Shown: positions 30,796 through 39,677 of the stretch, piece by piece | Layout: each line of letters starts with the position of its first letter | Position numbering within the stretch: the first letter of the stretch is position 1 | From: a virus | Direction: 5' to 3' (one strand) | UHGV virus genome: UHGV-1357953 | DNA length: 40,340 nucleotides | The notes under the pieces: generated by a model | Seen by the model: the letters and a program-made list of their open reading frames with translations, nothing else | Databases searched by the model: none | What the model was told of the DNA's origin: nothing | Translations under genes and position numbers: made by a program

Positions 30796-31038
30796 TCATG
30801 CTCCGGTGGTGAACAGGTCTAACGCCTCCTTCGATTTACGCACCGCTTCGATTGTGCGGGTCGTGATATCTGAATTAGCGCCACCTGACTGGAAGTGAAT
30901 TTTGAATAGCTCAAGCTTCAGCTCGTCAGTGCCAATGAACTGAAATGCTTCTTCTGCGGCTGCGTTCTGGTTCATGACCAGTTTGTAAATCTCTAACTGG
31001 AATTTCTGTTCTTCAGTCATGGGAATAATCTCTGCCAT
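30796..31038 (-). CDS. Hypothetical protein (80 aa)
   Basis: ORF upstream of TerS. Confidence 0.45.
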   Translation of the reverse strand: MAEIIPMTEEQKFQLEIYKLVMNQNAAAEEAFQFIGTDELKLELFKIHFQSGGANSDITTRTIEAVRKSKEALDLFTTGA

Positions 31039-31177
31039 TGTTGGCTCCGTTTATCCGTTAAAAGGGATATCAGTTAAGTTATCCCGTGTAGGGTATAAGC
31101 CATTACCAAAGCCACTCTGTAGGGAATGGCTTTTGTGATGGCAATAAAAAAGGCCGCCTGAGCGACCTGTTAGTTGT

Positions 31178-31348
31178 TCACAACTTCCATTGAAGGTCCA
31201 GCATGTCGAAAAATGATCCGCATTTAGGGGGATTTTCTATTCTTGCCCTCTCTTCAGCCGCTTTGTAATAAGCCATTGGTCTTTTCACACCATCAGCACC
31301 AGTGATGTATTCAACGCCTTCCTTCGGATCTTTGTTCACGGAAACCAT
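31178..31348 (-). CDS. Small hypothetical protein (56 aa)
   Basis: ATG 31348 with GAGG RBS; the listed 31363 start is GTG. Confidence 0.3.
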   Translation of the reverse strand: MVSVNKDPKEGVEYITGADGVKRPMAYYKAAEERARIENPPKCGSFFDMLDLQWKL

Positions 31349-31729
31349 CGCAACCTCTTCCACTTGTTTATCATCGATTCAGCGGATGTCTTTCCATCAG
31401 TCCGCCACCACAAAGAATCTTTTTTGCCATAAGGCTGGAGGTTCATCTTTCAGTGGCTGCCAGTGTTATTTCCCCACTTTCTGGCTTGGGTTGTTTCGCG
31501 GTACTGCCGTAACTGGTTGCCCAGAATAAATTCCGGTTTCATTATCAAGCCCACCCGTAGATAGGCTTTGTAATGAACTGGCTCTTATCTCAACGCAGCC
31601 CCTTACCGCGCGCCAGATGCTCAACTTCAAGCATCAGCAATGAGATGTTTAATCTGGATTCACTCCAGAAGTGATCACCCCCCTGTCTACAGAGCCAGAT
31701 GTGAAGGATGATGAGTAAAATTATCGCTA

Positions 31730-32197
31730 TCATCGAAGGCATTGCGTCCTGATGTATTCCTGAAGCGTTCTCAGTGCTGTTTGGTCGCGGATAATTCCGT
31801 CCCGGATATCGAGAACGTTTCGTCCAGCAACTGGAGAGAGTTCGACGGTGGCATCATTGCCCATGCCGGAGGCGCTGGAGGTTTCGGCTGAGGATGGCAT
31901 ATGGCATTTTCCTTTGACGAACACCCGACCACCATTATCAAGCTTGCGCCGAAGAGCATCATTTTCAGCTTTCGCATCAGCTAACTCCTTCGTGTATTTA
32001 GCATCAAGTGCATCAGCAGTACGCTGGCGCTGCTGCATGTCAGTAATGGTGGCAGTCGCCTGCTTCAGCTCACTGACTTTTTTATCGCGCTGCTCTTTGT
32101 AGGTCATGGCGTTATCACGGTAATGATTAACAGCCCATGACAGGCAGACGATGATGCAGATAACCAGAGCGGAGATAATCGCGGTGACTCTGCTCAT
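31730..32197 (-). CDS. Rz: Rz i-spanin (155 aa)
   Basis: N-terminal TM then coiled coil; closely matches lambda Rz as recalled. Confidence 0.85.
   Translation of the reverse strand: MSRVTAIISALVICIIVCLSWAVNHYRDNAMTYKEQRDKKVSELKQATATITDMQQRQRTADALDAKYTKELADAKAENDALRRKLDNGGRVFVKGKCHMPSSAETSSASGMGNDATVELSPVAGRNVLDIRDGIIRDQTALRTLQEYIRTQCLR
31771..31977 (-). CDS. Rz1: Rz1 o-spanin lipoprotein embedded in Rz in the +1 frame
   Basis: Lipobox LIMVVGCSS and Pro-rich [16 protein letters not shown], as in lambda Rz1. Confidence 0.7.
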   Translation of the reverse strand: MRKLKMMLFGASLIMVVGCSSKENAICHPQPKPPAPPAWAMMPPSNSLQLLDETFSISGTELSATKQH

Positions 32198-32670
32198 ACC
32201 TCAATCTCTCTGACCGTTCCGCCCGCTTCTTTGAATTTTGCAATCAGGCTATCAGCCTTATGCTCGAACTGACCATAACCAGCGCCCGGAAGTGAAGCCC
32301 AGATATTGCTGCAACGGTCAATTGCCTGACGAATATCACCGCGATCAATCATCGGTAAAGCGCCACGTTCTTTAATCTGTTGCAGTGCCACAGCGTCCTG
32401 GCTTTTCGGAGAGAAGTCTTTCAGGCCAAGCTGCTTACAATAGGCATCCCACCAACGGGAAAGAAGCTGGTAACGCCCGGCGGCTGTTGATTTGAGTTTT
32501 GGGTTTAGCGTGACAAGTTTGCGAGGGTGATCGGAGTAATCAGTGAATAGCTCTCCTCCTACAATGACGTCATAACCATGATTTCTGGTTTTCTGTCGTC
32601 CGTTATCAGTTCCCTCTGACCACGCCAGCATATCGAGGAACGCCTTACGTTGATTATTGATTTCCACCAT
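32194..32670 (-). CDS. R: Endolysin, lambda R-type lytic transglycosylase (158 aa)
   Basis: Near-identical to lambda R as recalled ([53 protein letters not shown]..). Confidence 0.95.
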   Translation of the reverse strand: MVEINNQRKAFLDMLAWSEGTDNGRQKTRNHGYDVIVGGELFTDYSDHPRKLVTLNPKLKSTAAGRYQLLSRWWDAYCKQLGLKDFSPKSQDAVALQQIKERGALPMIDRGDIRQAIDRCSNIWASLPGAGYGQFEHKADSLIAKFKEAGGTVREIEV

Positions 32671-32977
32671 CTTCTACTCCGGCTTTTTTAGCAGCGAAGC
32701 GTTTGATAAGCGAACCAATCGAGTCAGTACCGATGTAGCCGATGAACACGCTCGTTATATAAGCGAGATTGCTACTTAGTCCGGCGAAGTCGAGAAGGTC
32801 ACGAATGAACCAGGCGATAATGGCGCACATCGTTGCGTCGATTACTGTTTTTGTAAACGCACCGCCATTATATCTGCCGCGAAGGTACGCCATTGCAAAC
32901 GCAAGGATTGCCCCGATGCCTTGTTCCTTTGCCGCGAGAATGGCGGCTAACAGGTCATGTTTTTCTGGCATCTTCAT
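32654..32977 (-). CDS. S: Holin, lambda S-type with dual start MKM (107 aa)
   Basis: Near-identical to lambda S as recalled ([41 protein letters not shown]..). Confidence 0.95.
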   Translation of the reverse strand: MKMPEKHDLLAAILAAKEQGIGAILAFAMAYLRGRYNGGAFTKTVIDATMCAIIAWFIRDLLDFAGLSSNLAYITSVFIGYIGTDSIGSLIKRFAAKKAGVEDGGNQ

Positions 32978-33373
32978 GTCTTACCCCCAATAAGGGGATT
33001 TGCTCTATTTAATTAGGAATAAGGTCGATTACTGATAGAACAAATCCAGGCTACTGTGTTTAGTAATCAGATTTGTTCGTGACCGATATGCACGGGCAAA
33101 GCGGCATGAGGTTGTTAGCGCAGCCTCTTGCCACCCGCTTTCACGAAGGTCATGTGTAGAAGGCCGCAGCGTAACTATCACTGATGAATTCAGGATAGCC
33201 AGTGGCTACGGCTCAGTTTGGGTTGTGCTGTTGCTGGGCGGCGATGACGCCTGTACGCATTTGGTGATCCGGTTCTGCTTCCGGCATTCGCTTAATTCAG
33301 CACAACGGAAAGAGCACTCGGTGCATTTAAGACAAGCTCCATAAGGGAGAATGCTCTTACCTGTTACACAGAT

Positions 33374-33431
33374 ATAAAAAATCCCGAAACCGTTATGCAG
33401 GCTCTAACTATTGCCTGCGAACTGTTTCGGG
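33374..33431 (-). terminator. tR'-like terminator ending the 6S transcript
   Basis: cccgaaac..gtttcggg stem followed on the minus strand by attttttat; lambda-like. Confidence 0.55.
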
Positions 33432-33568
33432 ATTGCATTTTACAGACCTCTCAGCCTGCGATGGTTGGAGTTCCAGACGATACGTCGAAGTGACCAACTA
33501 GGCGGAATCGGTAGTAAGCGCCGCCTCTTTTCATCTCACTACCACAACGAGCGAATTAACCCATCGTT
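33376..33568 (-). ncRNA. Lambda-type 6S RNA (pR' to tR' short transcript) including the qut region
   Basis: ~190-nt interval between the pR'-like promoter and tR' that matches the lambda pR'-tR' region as recalled. Confidence 0.5.
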
Positions 33569-33574
33569 GGGTCA

Positions 33575-33603
33575 AATTTACCCAAGTTTATTCAAAAAGT
33601 CAA
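33575..33603 (-). promoter_or_regulatory. Late promoter pR': -35 TTGACT, 17-bp spacer, -10 TAAATT
   Basis: Hexamers and spacing as in lambda pR'; directly downstream of Q. Confidence 0.6.
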
Positions 33604-33645
33604 TATCATGCCGTTAATATGTTGCCATCCGTGGAAATCATGCTG

Positions 33646-34269
33646 CTAACGTGTGACCGCATTCAAAATGTTGTCTGCGATTGACTCTTCCTTGTGGCAT
33701 TGCACCACCAGAGCGTCATACAGCGGCTTAACAGTGCGTGACCAGGTGGGTTGGGTAAGGTTTGGGATTAGCATCGTTACAGCGCGATATGCGGCGCTTG
33801 CTGGCATCCTGGAATAGCCGACGCCTTTGCATCTTCCGCACTCTTTCTCAACAACTCTCCCCCACTGCTCTGTTTTTGCTATATCAACCGCACGACCTGT
33901 ACCGTGGCAATCTCTGCATCTTGCGCCCGGCGTCGCGGCACTACGGCAATAATCCGCATAAGCGAATGTTGCGAGCACTTGCAGTACCTTTGCCTTAGTA
34001 TTTCCTTCAAGCTTTGCCACACCACGGTATTTCCCCGATACCTTGTGTGCAAATTGCATCAGATAGTTGATAGCCTTTTGTTTGTCGTTCTGGCTGAGTT
34101 CGTGCTTACCGCAGAATGCAGCCATACCGAATCCGGCTTGTGATTGCGCCATCCCCATAGCAGCCATCACATCAGTACCGGAAAGAGAGTCAGAAGCCGT
34201 AGCCCGTGGTGAGTCGCTCATCATTGGGCTTTTTGGCGAATGAAATTTAGCTACGCTTTCGAGTCTCAT
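33646..34269 (-). CDS. Q: Late antiterminator Q (207 aa)
   Basis: Near-identical to lambda Q as recalled (MRLESVAKFHSPKSPMMSDSPRATASDSLSGTDVMAAMGMAQSQAGFGMAAFCGKHELSQNDKQKAINYLMQFAHKVSGKYRG..). Confidence 0.95.
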   Translation of the reverse strand: MRLESVAKFHSPKSPMMSDSPRATASDSLSGTDVMAAMGMAQSQAGFGMAAFCGKHELSQNDKQKAINYLMQFAHKVSGKYRGVAKLEGNTKAKVLQVLATFAYADYCRSAATPGARCRDCHGTGRAVDIAKTEQWGRVVEKECGRCKGVGYSRMPASAAYRAVTMLIPNLTQPTWSRTVKPLYDALVVQCHKEESIADNILNAVTR

Positions 34270-34454
34270 CGTCTTCCCCTCTTGCCCTGTTTGACCATCA
34301 GGACGCCGTTAACTATTACGTGACGCTCACCTTTGCTGTCTCGGTTGTACTTGAGCACTGTTCCTCTTGCGCAGGAAAGCATCCTCGCCACTTCGGTCTG
34401 ATTGTCTCGTGTCTGGATAAGAAGCTCTGGTATCGTTTGAATTGTGGCGTTCAT
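34266..34454 (-). CDS. ninH: NinH-like protein (62 aa)
   Basis: ..GNQTEVAR.L.C.RGTV.KY..D..G..H.IVN.VLMV pattern as in lambda NinH. Confidence 0.55.
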   Translation of the reverse strand: MNATIQTIPELLIQTRDNQTEVARMLSCARGTVLKYNRDSKGERHVIVNGVLMVKQGKRGRR

Positions 34455-34813
34455 GCGTTCTCCAGTTCGGTGATTTTTATTCCAAGCCGTCCGCCTGGTA
34501 CTTTCACACCACGAATTACGCGAATGTCATCGAATTGCTCGTCGTCTTCCGCAAATCCGGCGTGGATAAGGGAATCGAGTAAACCTTTCAGGATGTTGTC
34601 GAGGTCGCGGCGGCGGGAGTCTGGAACGTCTGCGATGACTTTGATGCGGAGTCGTGATTTGGTGAAAATGTCTAACTTAAGTTGGCGGATGATTTGCTGA
34701 ACGTCTTTTCGGTATTTCTGGCCTTTATCGCTTATGTAATATTGGCTTCCCCGTCTTCGCCAGTAGGTATTCACCGACGGCGGGTATGGAAGCACAAACT
34801 GATATTCGTTCAT
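34451..34813 (-). CDS. rusA: RusA-family Holliday-junction resolvase (120 aa)
   Basis: PDSRRRDLDNILKGLLDSL and GGRLGIKITE motifs typical of RusA. Confidence 0.85.
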   Translation of the reverse strand: MNEYQFVLPYPPSVNTYWRRRGSQYYISDKGQKYRKDVQQIIRQLKLDIFTKSRLRIKVIADVPDSRRRDLDNILKGLLDSLIHAGFAEDDEQFDDIRVIRGVKVPGGRLGIKITELENA

Positions 34814-35100
34814 GACTTAATCTTCCCCTCCCTCAGCAGTATCGCCTGCGTCCTGATCACGCCTTCGAGGTGGTAAAGTCTGGCGTCTTTGTTGTCGATA
34901 TTATGGGTGCGTCGGTCGATCTCCGCGTGGCAGTCACTACAAGCCCATGCACCGATCAGGTCGTCAGGCTTCATTCCCGTTCCGCAAATTCCAGCCATCC
35001 GGTAATGTGCCAGAACTGTAGTTTCAGGATTGCCATTGCATACGCCGTAAATACGTACCTGGCATTCTCTGTTGCGCGCTTCTTTGCGTAGGTTAGCCAT
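34810..35100 (-). CDS. ybcO: YbcO-like / DUF1364 protein (96 aa)
   Basis: MANLRKEARNRECQVRIYGVCNGNPETTVLAH...CSDCHAEIDRR resembles E. coli YbcO as recalled. Confidence 0.6.
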   Translation of the reverse strand: MANLRKEARNRECQVRIYGVCNGNPETTVLAHYRMAGICGTGMKPDDLIGAWACSDCHAEIDRRTHNIDNKDARLYHLEGVIRTQAILLREGKIKS

Positions 35101-35825
35101 TAAGCAGCCTCTCCTGTTACTTTCAGCATTCCGTTATCGAGCAGCTTTCTGGTCAGCCACTGTTGGCCACGTCCGGTGATTTTTGTAGTGAACGATATCT
35201 GTATTCCGTGATTTGTGTTGACCGCTGTTTCTTTCACTGTGAAATAGCCGCGATCCATATATTCCTGCATTGGCACATTGCGCCGGGAACCTGAAGCAAT
35301 AAGGATTTTGTGATCGCGCATCCACGCAAACAGTTTGTTTGGACCAATTCCAACAACCTTTGCAAAGTTTCCAATCAAAATTCCGCTGGCCTCGCCAACG
35401 CGATCGGCAAACTCAACTTTAGGTGCGGCAATTGCGAGCTGGTTTTCCAGTTGCATTTTCTGCTCAGCAAGGTTAGCAGCAAGGCGCAACGCTTCTGGTA
35501 GCGTTTTGGGGATATTAACCGCAGCTTCTTCAAGCTCTCGCCAACGGTCAACAAGGCGAGCGGTGAACTCTGGCGACAACTGGGCGACGACAATAATGCT
35601 GTCTCGCTTTCCTTGTTCGCCCTCGAAGACGTAGAAATCACGCTTCCCGGTAATAACACCTAAATCATTGATTATGTTAGTGTGCTGCAATGCAGGAGGC
35701 TTGATAACGCCACGTTTCACCAATCTATCTATGGATACTTTTACATTGCTATGGCGGCTTTCTACCAACTCAGCGATTTCAATGCTTGTCATTTTGATGG
35801 CATTGCCATTTATTAACTCATTCAT
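35100..35825 (-). CDS. Rha/KilAC-type antirepressor-like regulatory protein in the nin region (241 aa)
   Basis: C-terminal ..ILIGNFAKVVGIGPNKLFAWMRDHKIL.. is KilAC-like. Confidence 0.6.
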   Translation of the reverse strand: MNELINGNAIKMTSIEIAELVESRHSNVKVSIDRLVKRGVIKPPALQHTNIINDLGVITGKRDFYVFEGEQGKRDSIIVVAQLSPEFTARLVDRWRELEEAAVNIPKTLPEALRLAANLAEQKMQLENQLAIAAPKVEFADRVGEASGILIGNFAKVVGIGPNKLFAWMRDHKILIASGSRRNVPMQEYMDRGYFTVKETAVNTNHGIQISFTTKITGRGQQWLTRKLLDNGMLKVTGEAA

Positions 35826-35988
35826 CGTCTTCTTCCTCGAACATTGAGCTATTCGGATCGCTCATCAGTTCTGCGCAGCAGTGCTCACATACGTGAACTT
35901 CCAGCACATGCAGCTTCTGACCGCAATTAGCGCACGTTAAAGCCCGCTCGACGCTTTCTTGTTCGTAACTTCGATTTGGGTCAATCAC
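35818..35988 (-). CDS. Small Cys-rich zinc-ribbon-like protein (56 aa), GTG start
   Basis: [20 protein letters not shown]; GAGGA RBS 7 nt before GTG that overlaps the upstream TGA. Confidence 0.35.
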   Translation of the reverse strand: MIDPNRSYEQESVERALTCANCGQKLHVLEVHVCEHCCAELMSDPNSSMFEEEDDE

Positions 35989-36167
35989 CTTGTATTCCTC
36001 GCACGATTTCTTAGCCACCGGATATCCCACAAGTGAGCCGTGTAGTTGAAGGTTTTTACGTCAGATTCTTTTGGAATTGGCTTGCGTTTATTTCTGGAGC
36101 GTTTCGTTGGAAGGTATTTGCAGTTTTCGCAGATGATGTCGGTGAAACTTCGTCGCTGTCGTCTCAT
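35985..36167 (-). CDS. Small basic hypothetical protein (60 aa)
   Basis: ATG 36167 overlapping the methylase stop. Confidence 0.3.
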   Translation of the reverse strand: MRRQRRSFTDIICENCKYLPTKRSRNKRKPIPKESDVKTFNYTAHLWDIRWLRNRARNTR

Positions 36168-36691
36168 GTCGCCCTCCTGACGCCCTGCCCGATCGCCATC
36201 AATGCCGCTTTGGATACGGTAGTAAACATCCGTCGAGGACTGATGAACGGTCGCCAAATCAGCAGCATGGAGCCTTTGCTGTTTCCCTTCTTCTCCAGCC
36301 CCGTCGATGGTTCGATAAAATTAATCCGTCCATCAGTGATGATGCGAACTTCGTCAACGCTCTCCAGAGCCTTGCTGAACCATCCGACTGACATATCCTC
36401 TGGCACAAGCATCACTACCGTCTGTCGCTGTTGTATGCACTGCTCAGCAGCTTTTTCCACCCACGGCCTGATATTGCTGTACGGTGGGTTATTCCAGATT
36501 GCACCGTGGCTTACCCACTCAGAATTGAGCGCGTCGTCGGCCTCAGTTAGCCAGTGAGCGCACAGAGCATTTTTGTCGCTCGCTGCCGAATCCAGCCAGA
36601 ATCCAAACTCAATATCCAGTGCATCAAAAAGCCAAAGCGGCGTTTGCCAGCAGTCCTTGTCGTGTGCCGGCGTATTTGATTTGATAGTCAC
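36164..36691 (-). CDS. Phage Dam-type N6-adenine DNA methyltransferase
   Basis: NPPY catalytic motif (WNNPPYSN) and [17 protein letters not shown]-terminal region; probable GTG start at 36691 overlapping the ninB stop. Confidence 0.75.
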   Translation of the reverse strand: MTIKSNTPAHDKDCWQTPLWLFDALDIEFGFWLDSAASDKNALCAHWLTEADDALNSEWVSHGAIWNNPPYSNIRPWVEKAAEQCIQQRQTVVMLVPEDMSVGWFSKALESVDEVRIITDGRINFIEPSTGLEKKGNSKGSMLLIWRPFISPRRMFTTVSKAALMAIGQGVRRAT

Positions 36692-37113
36692 TCTACTTGC
36701 CTCTCCTTTAGATCCAGGTACTCGCAATTATCAGGAATGGTTAGTCGTAATCCCTTCTGATGCGCCCACTGGTCAATATCGGTCAGATATTTGTGCATAT
36801 CTCCAATATCAAGCTGACGTGTTGATTTAACGCATCGTGTAATATTAAAAATCGTCACCCTTTTAGCCGGACAAAACATATCTTTCAGCCACTCATGAAC
36901 CTCTTCAGGCGTGAAGTTTTCAGCAGAAGCAGCAGATAACTGTGCGGCTATTTCTGCATTCCACACCCACATCAGATTGTTTTGTGACAATGTACGCTTC
37001 TCACGGTACTCAGATATTTTGATTCGCCAGCGTTTGCCGGTAGAGAGGATTTGTTTCAGAACTAACCAGAATTGTGATTTATTGGTTTCGTGCAGAATGA
37101 AATCATTCATCAT
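36688..37113 (-). CDS. ninB: NinB (Orf) recombination mediator (141 aa)
   Basis: ..REKRTLSQNNLMWVWNAEIAAQL.. resembles lambda NinB; nin-region synteny. Confidence 0.75.
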   Translation of the reverse strand: MMNDFILHETNKSQFWLVLKQILSTGKRWRIKISEYREKRTLSQNNLMWVWNAEIAAQLSAASAENFTPEEVHEWLKDMFCPAKRVTIFNITRCVKSTRQLDIGDMHKYLTDIDQWAHQKGLRLTIPDNCEYLDLKERQVE

Positions 37114-37330
37114 CAGTCATCAAATCTAATTGCTGGATAATTCTGTCACACTGAAAATCATTATCGATTTTAACCAACCGGCGAAGAACGCGGTCACGCG
37201 GATAGATACGTGGCTTAGGGGCGTTTTTCTGTCTCTCGCCAGTCGGAAGTCTGGAAGCAGACCAGTACCGATTTGCACGACCAATGTTCTCCTGAAAGTC
37301 GGCGCGGACAAGCTCAGTCATCGAACTCAT
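37103..37330 (-). CDS. Hypothetical nin-region protein (75 aa)
   Basis: ORF with ATG start. Confidence 0.4.
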   Translation of the reverse strand: MSSMTELVRADFQENIGRANRYWSASRLPTGERQKNAPKPRIYPRDRVLRRLVKIDNDFQCDRIIQQLDLMTDDE

Positions 37331-37359
37331 TTCTTAAAGCCTCCAATTACTCTCCCCCA

Positions 37360-37390
37360 AATAAAAAGGCCTGCGATTACCAGCAGGCCT
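37360..37390 (-). terminator. Intrinsic terminator downstream of the helicase gene (tR2-like position)
   Basis: aggcctgc/gcaggcct 8-bp stem followed on the minus strand by ttttatt. Confidence 0.5.
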
Positions 37391-37415
37391 GTTATTAGCT
37401 CAGTGATGTAGATGG

Positions 37416-38177
37416 TCATACGTCAGCCCCTTGTGCATATCGTCTGCCACGCGCAGCAGGTGCATTTGATGCTGTGCAAATCTGTCTGGCTTCATCCTGG
37501 TCACACGCAACAAAGTGTCCGTTGCAGAACCGCTGGTAAACCGTACCAAGTGAGCCAAAACGGTTTTTCGTCACGATGATTTCAGCAAATGGCGCGGCGC
37601 TACTGTTCTCGTCATATACAGCTTCCCGATAGAGCATGATGATTGAGTCTGCGTCCTGTTCAATGCTTCCTGAATCACGCAAATCTGCGTTTGTCGGGCG
37701 CTTGTTTGGTCGCTTCTCAACATCGCGTGAAAGCTGACTCAGGGAAATAACCGGTGTTTTCAGGTCTTTCGCCATCGCCTTCATGCTTCCGGAGATGTGA
37801 GCAATTGCGAGGTCGTTGCGGTCTGCTTTCGGCTTCTCAATCAGGCCAAGATAATCCGCCATGATGAGTGACAGGTTTGGATTTTCCTGTTTGTGCCTTT
37901 CTGCGATTGAGCGAATTTCTTCGACCGATAACCGCGAGGCATCGACTACCCATACATCCAAATCTGCAAGCTGACTCATGCCGTTAGCAACACGCGCCCA
38001 GCCTTCGTCATCCATCGATGCAGGATTTCGCAGTACGCTAACCGACATTCTCCCGGCGTTGGCAATGCTTCGCTCTGCAATCTGCAATGCGCTCATTTCC
38101 ATTGAGAAAATCAATACTCCGCGCCGGACGTCAGAACCAGGAATAACGCGGCTTGCAACGCCTTCGGCAATCTTCAG
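37416..38177 (-). CDS. DnaB-like replicative helicase, C-terminal 253 codons ([29 protein letters not shown]... to stop); N-terminal part lies inverted at 39674..40340
   Basis: Frame stays open upstream of the listed start (which is an internal TTG) back to 38177; first 17 codons duplicate the last 17 codons of the plus-strand fragment. Confidence 0.8.
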   Translation of the reverse strand: MKIAEGVASRVIPGSDVRRGVLIFSMEMSALQIAERSIANAGRMSVSVLRNPASMDDEGWARVANGMSQLADLDVWVVDASRLSVEEIRSIAERHKQENPNLSLIMADYLGLIEKPKADRNDLAIAHISGSMKAMAKDLKTPVISLSQLSRDVEKRPNKRPTNADLRDSGSIEQDADSIIMLYREAVYDENSSAAPFAEIIVTKNRFGSLGTVYQRFCNGHFVACDQDEARQICTASNAPAARGRRYAQGADV

Positions 38178-38232
38178 CGCGCAGAAACAGATTTACTCAT
38201 CAACCTGTCAACGCTTACCCAGCGCGGTCTGG
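38126..38232. repeat. Junction composite: 38126..38180 is the reverse complement of 40286..40340, and 38178..38232 is the reverse complement of 1..55
   Basis: Both identities are exact, exactly 55 bp, and abut with a 3-bp overlap (cgc) at 38178..38180. Confidence 0.9.
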
Positions 38233-38432
38233 CAAAGATGATTGGCTGTCATGAATCGAAGATAAGCAGAACGGACTGGAGATTTATTGCTTCGGTCTTG
38301 TGTGCTTTCGGAATGGCATCAGACATCAGTCCGATTAGCAGGGCTTTTAAGTATGCGCTTGATGAAATCACCAATAAAAAACGCCCGGTGTGCAAGACCG
38401 AGCGTTCTGAACAAATCCAGATGGATTTTTAA
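38178..38432 (+). CDS. cII: cII-like activator, C-terminal 84 codons (RAETDLL...[21 protein letters not shown]); no start codon, truncated at the junction
   Basis: Open frame begins at the junction without an initiator; C-terminus is lambda CII-like; first 18 codons duplicate the minus-strand fragment at 1..55. Confidence 0.6.
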   Translation, partial: RAETDLLINLSTLTQRGLAKMIGCHESKISRTDWRFIASVLCAFGMASDISPISRAFKYALDEITNKKRPVCKTERSEQIQMDF

Positions 38433-38454
38433 CAACATCCAACGAGGTAATTAT

Positions 38455-38727
38455 ATGCGAAACAAAGGCTTTAATCCACCTGATACACACAAAGAAGCTA
38501 AGCGTTTGCGCTTCCTTCGTTCCATTGATGAAAGAACTCAAATCTCTTTTGTGAAAGTTGCCAGAACTGAGCTTCTGAAGGCTGAGGCGAGGGCGTTGCT
38601 CCAGTCTCTACCAAAAGAGGAGGGATATACGTTCATTCCAAACGCATTTCTGGAAAAGCTTCTCAAAGAAGACATATCCGTAAGTCAGTTTAACGATGTT
38701 CTTAAGGTCTTTCGTCAAGGCAGGTAG
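38455..38727 (+). CDS. Hypothetical protein between cII and O (90 aa)
   Basis: ATG 38455 with GAGGT RBS; the listed ORF from 38287 is an upstream extension. Confidence 0.5.
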   Translation: MRNKGFNPPDTHKEAKRLRFLRSIDERTQISFVKVARTELLKAEARALLQSLPKEEGYTFIPNAFLEKLLKEDISVSQFNDVLKVFRQGR

Positions 38728-38729
38728 TT

Positions 38730-39677
38730 ATGAGCAATACAGCAAAAATCTACGATTTCAGCGCCGCACACGAGCGCAGGAGCAACAGGATGGAGAACCA
38801 GAAAACTGGTTACATTCCGTTGTACCGGAGCATTCTGAAACAGTCATGGGCGAAAGATGTTTATCTTCGCACCCTGTGGGAAAACCTTCTCCTGAATGCC
38901 GCCAGAAAGCCATACAAAGCGAATTTCAAAGGTAATGAATGGCATCTGCAACCCGGTCAACTGGTTGTGACAGCAGCTGATTTAGGTCTTCAGTTATGCG
39001 ACAGACATGGCAAGCCAGCAAGCCGTGATCAGGTTGAGCGGATGCTTCAGGTTTTTGTGAAAGAGGGGATGATCTCCATTGATGGAGAGAAGCAAAAAGG
39101 TCGTGTGATAACCATCACAAATTACCATGAATATGCTCAAAAAATGGACGATTTACCCGCACATGAAGCCGCACAAACAACCGCACATGATTCCGCACAT
39201 GATGAAGCCAGCAATGGCGCGGCTTTCAGCGTACATGCCGCACATGAAAGCGCACATGAAGCCGCACAAACAACCGCACATCATGAACAAGAAGGTATTA
39301 ACAAGAATATAAATAATACCCCCCTACCCCCCAATGGGGGAGGCGATGGGCAGGTTAAACCTGAACGTCGCAAGGCAGAACGAATCGACTACGAATCCTT
39401 CCTGAACGCCTACAACACCGAAGTCGGTGACAGACTGCCACACGCTGTTGCGGTCAACGAGAAACGCAAACGCCGCCTGAAGAAAATCATCCCGCAACTG
39501 AAAACGCCAAACGTGGACGGTTTCAGGGCGTATGTCAGGGCGTTTGTGCATCAGGCCAAGCCGTTTTACTTCGGAGACAACGACACGGGCTGGACGGCTG
39601 ATTTTGATTACCTGCTGAGAGAAGACTCGTTAACGGGAGTTCGGGAAGGGAAGTTTGCAGACAGGGGGATTGCATGA
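38730..39677 (+). CDS. O: O-like replication initiator (315 aa) containing the origin iterons
   Basis: N-terminus [10 protein letters not shown] resembles lambda O (MTNTAKILNF); internal [10 protein letters not shown] repeats are encoded by the iterons; TGA overlaps the helicase ATG. Confidence 0.75.
   Translation: MSNTAKIYDFSAAHERRSNRMENQKTGYIPLYRSILKQSWAKDVYLRTLWENLLLNAARKPYKANFKGNEWHLQPGQLVVTAADLGLQLCDRHGKPASRDQVERMLQVFVKEGMISIDGEKQKGRVITITNYHEYAQKMDDLPAHEAAQTTAHDSAHDEASNGAAFSVHAAHESAHEAAQTTAHHEQEGINKNINNTPLPPNGGGDGQVKPERRKAERIDYESFLNAYNTEVGDRLPHAVAVNEKRKRRLKKIIPQLKTPNVDGFRAYVRAFVHQAKPFYFGDNDTGWTADFDYLLREDSLTGVREGKFADRGIA
39157..39345. other. Replication origin-like region: eight CCGCACA(T/A)GA-type iterons, AT-rich segment, then cccccctaccccccaatggggg
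   Basis: Direct repeats inside the O-like gene followed by an AT-rich stretch, as in lambda ori. Confidence 0.5.

Noticed and set aside
31364-31729. Coding potential in the 366-bp interval between Rz and the next upstream ORF
   Set aside because: Only very short ORFs without RBS in either strand; treated as non-coding or a degenerate remnant.
39127-39312. ORF 39127..39312 (His/Pro/Lys/Met-rich)
   Set aside because: Alternative frame over the origin iterons inside the O-like gene.
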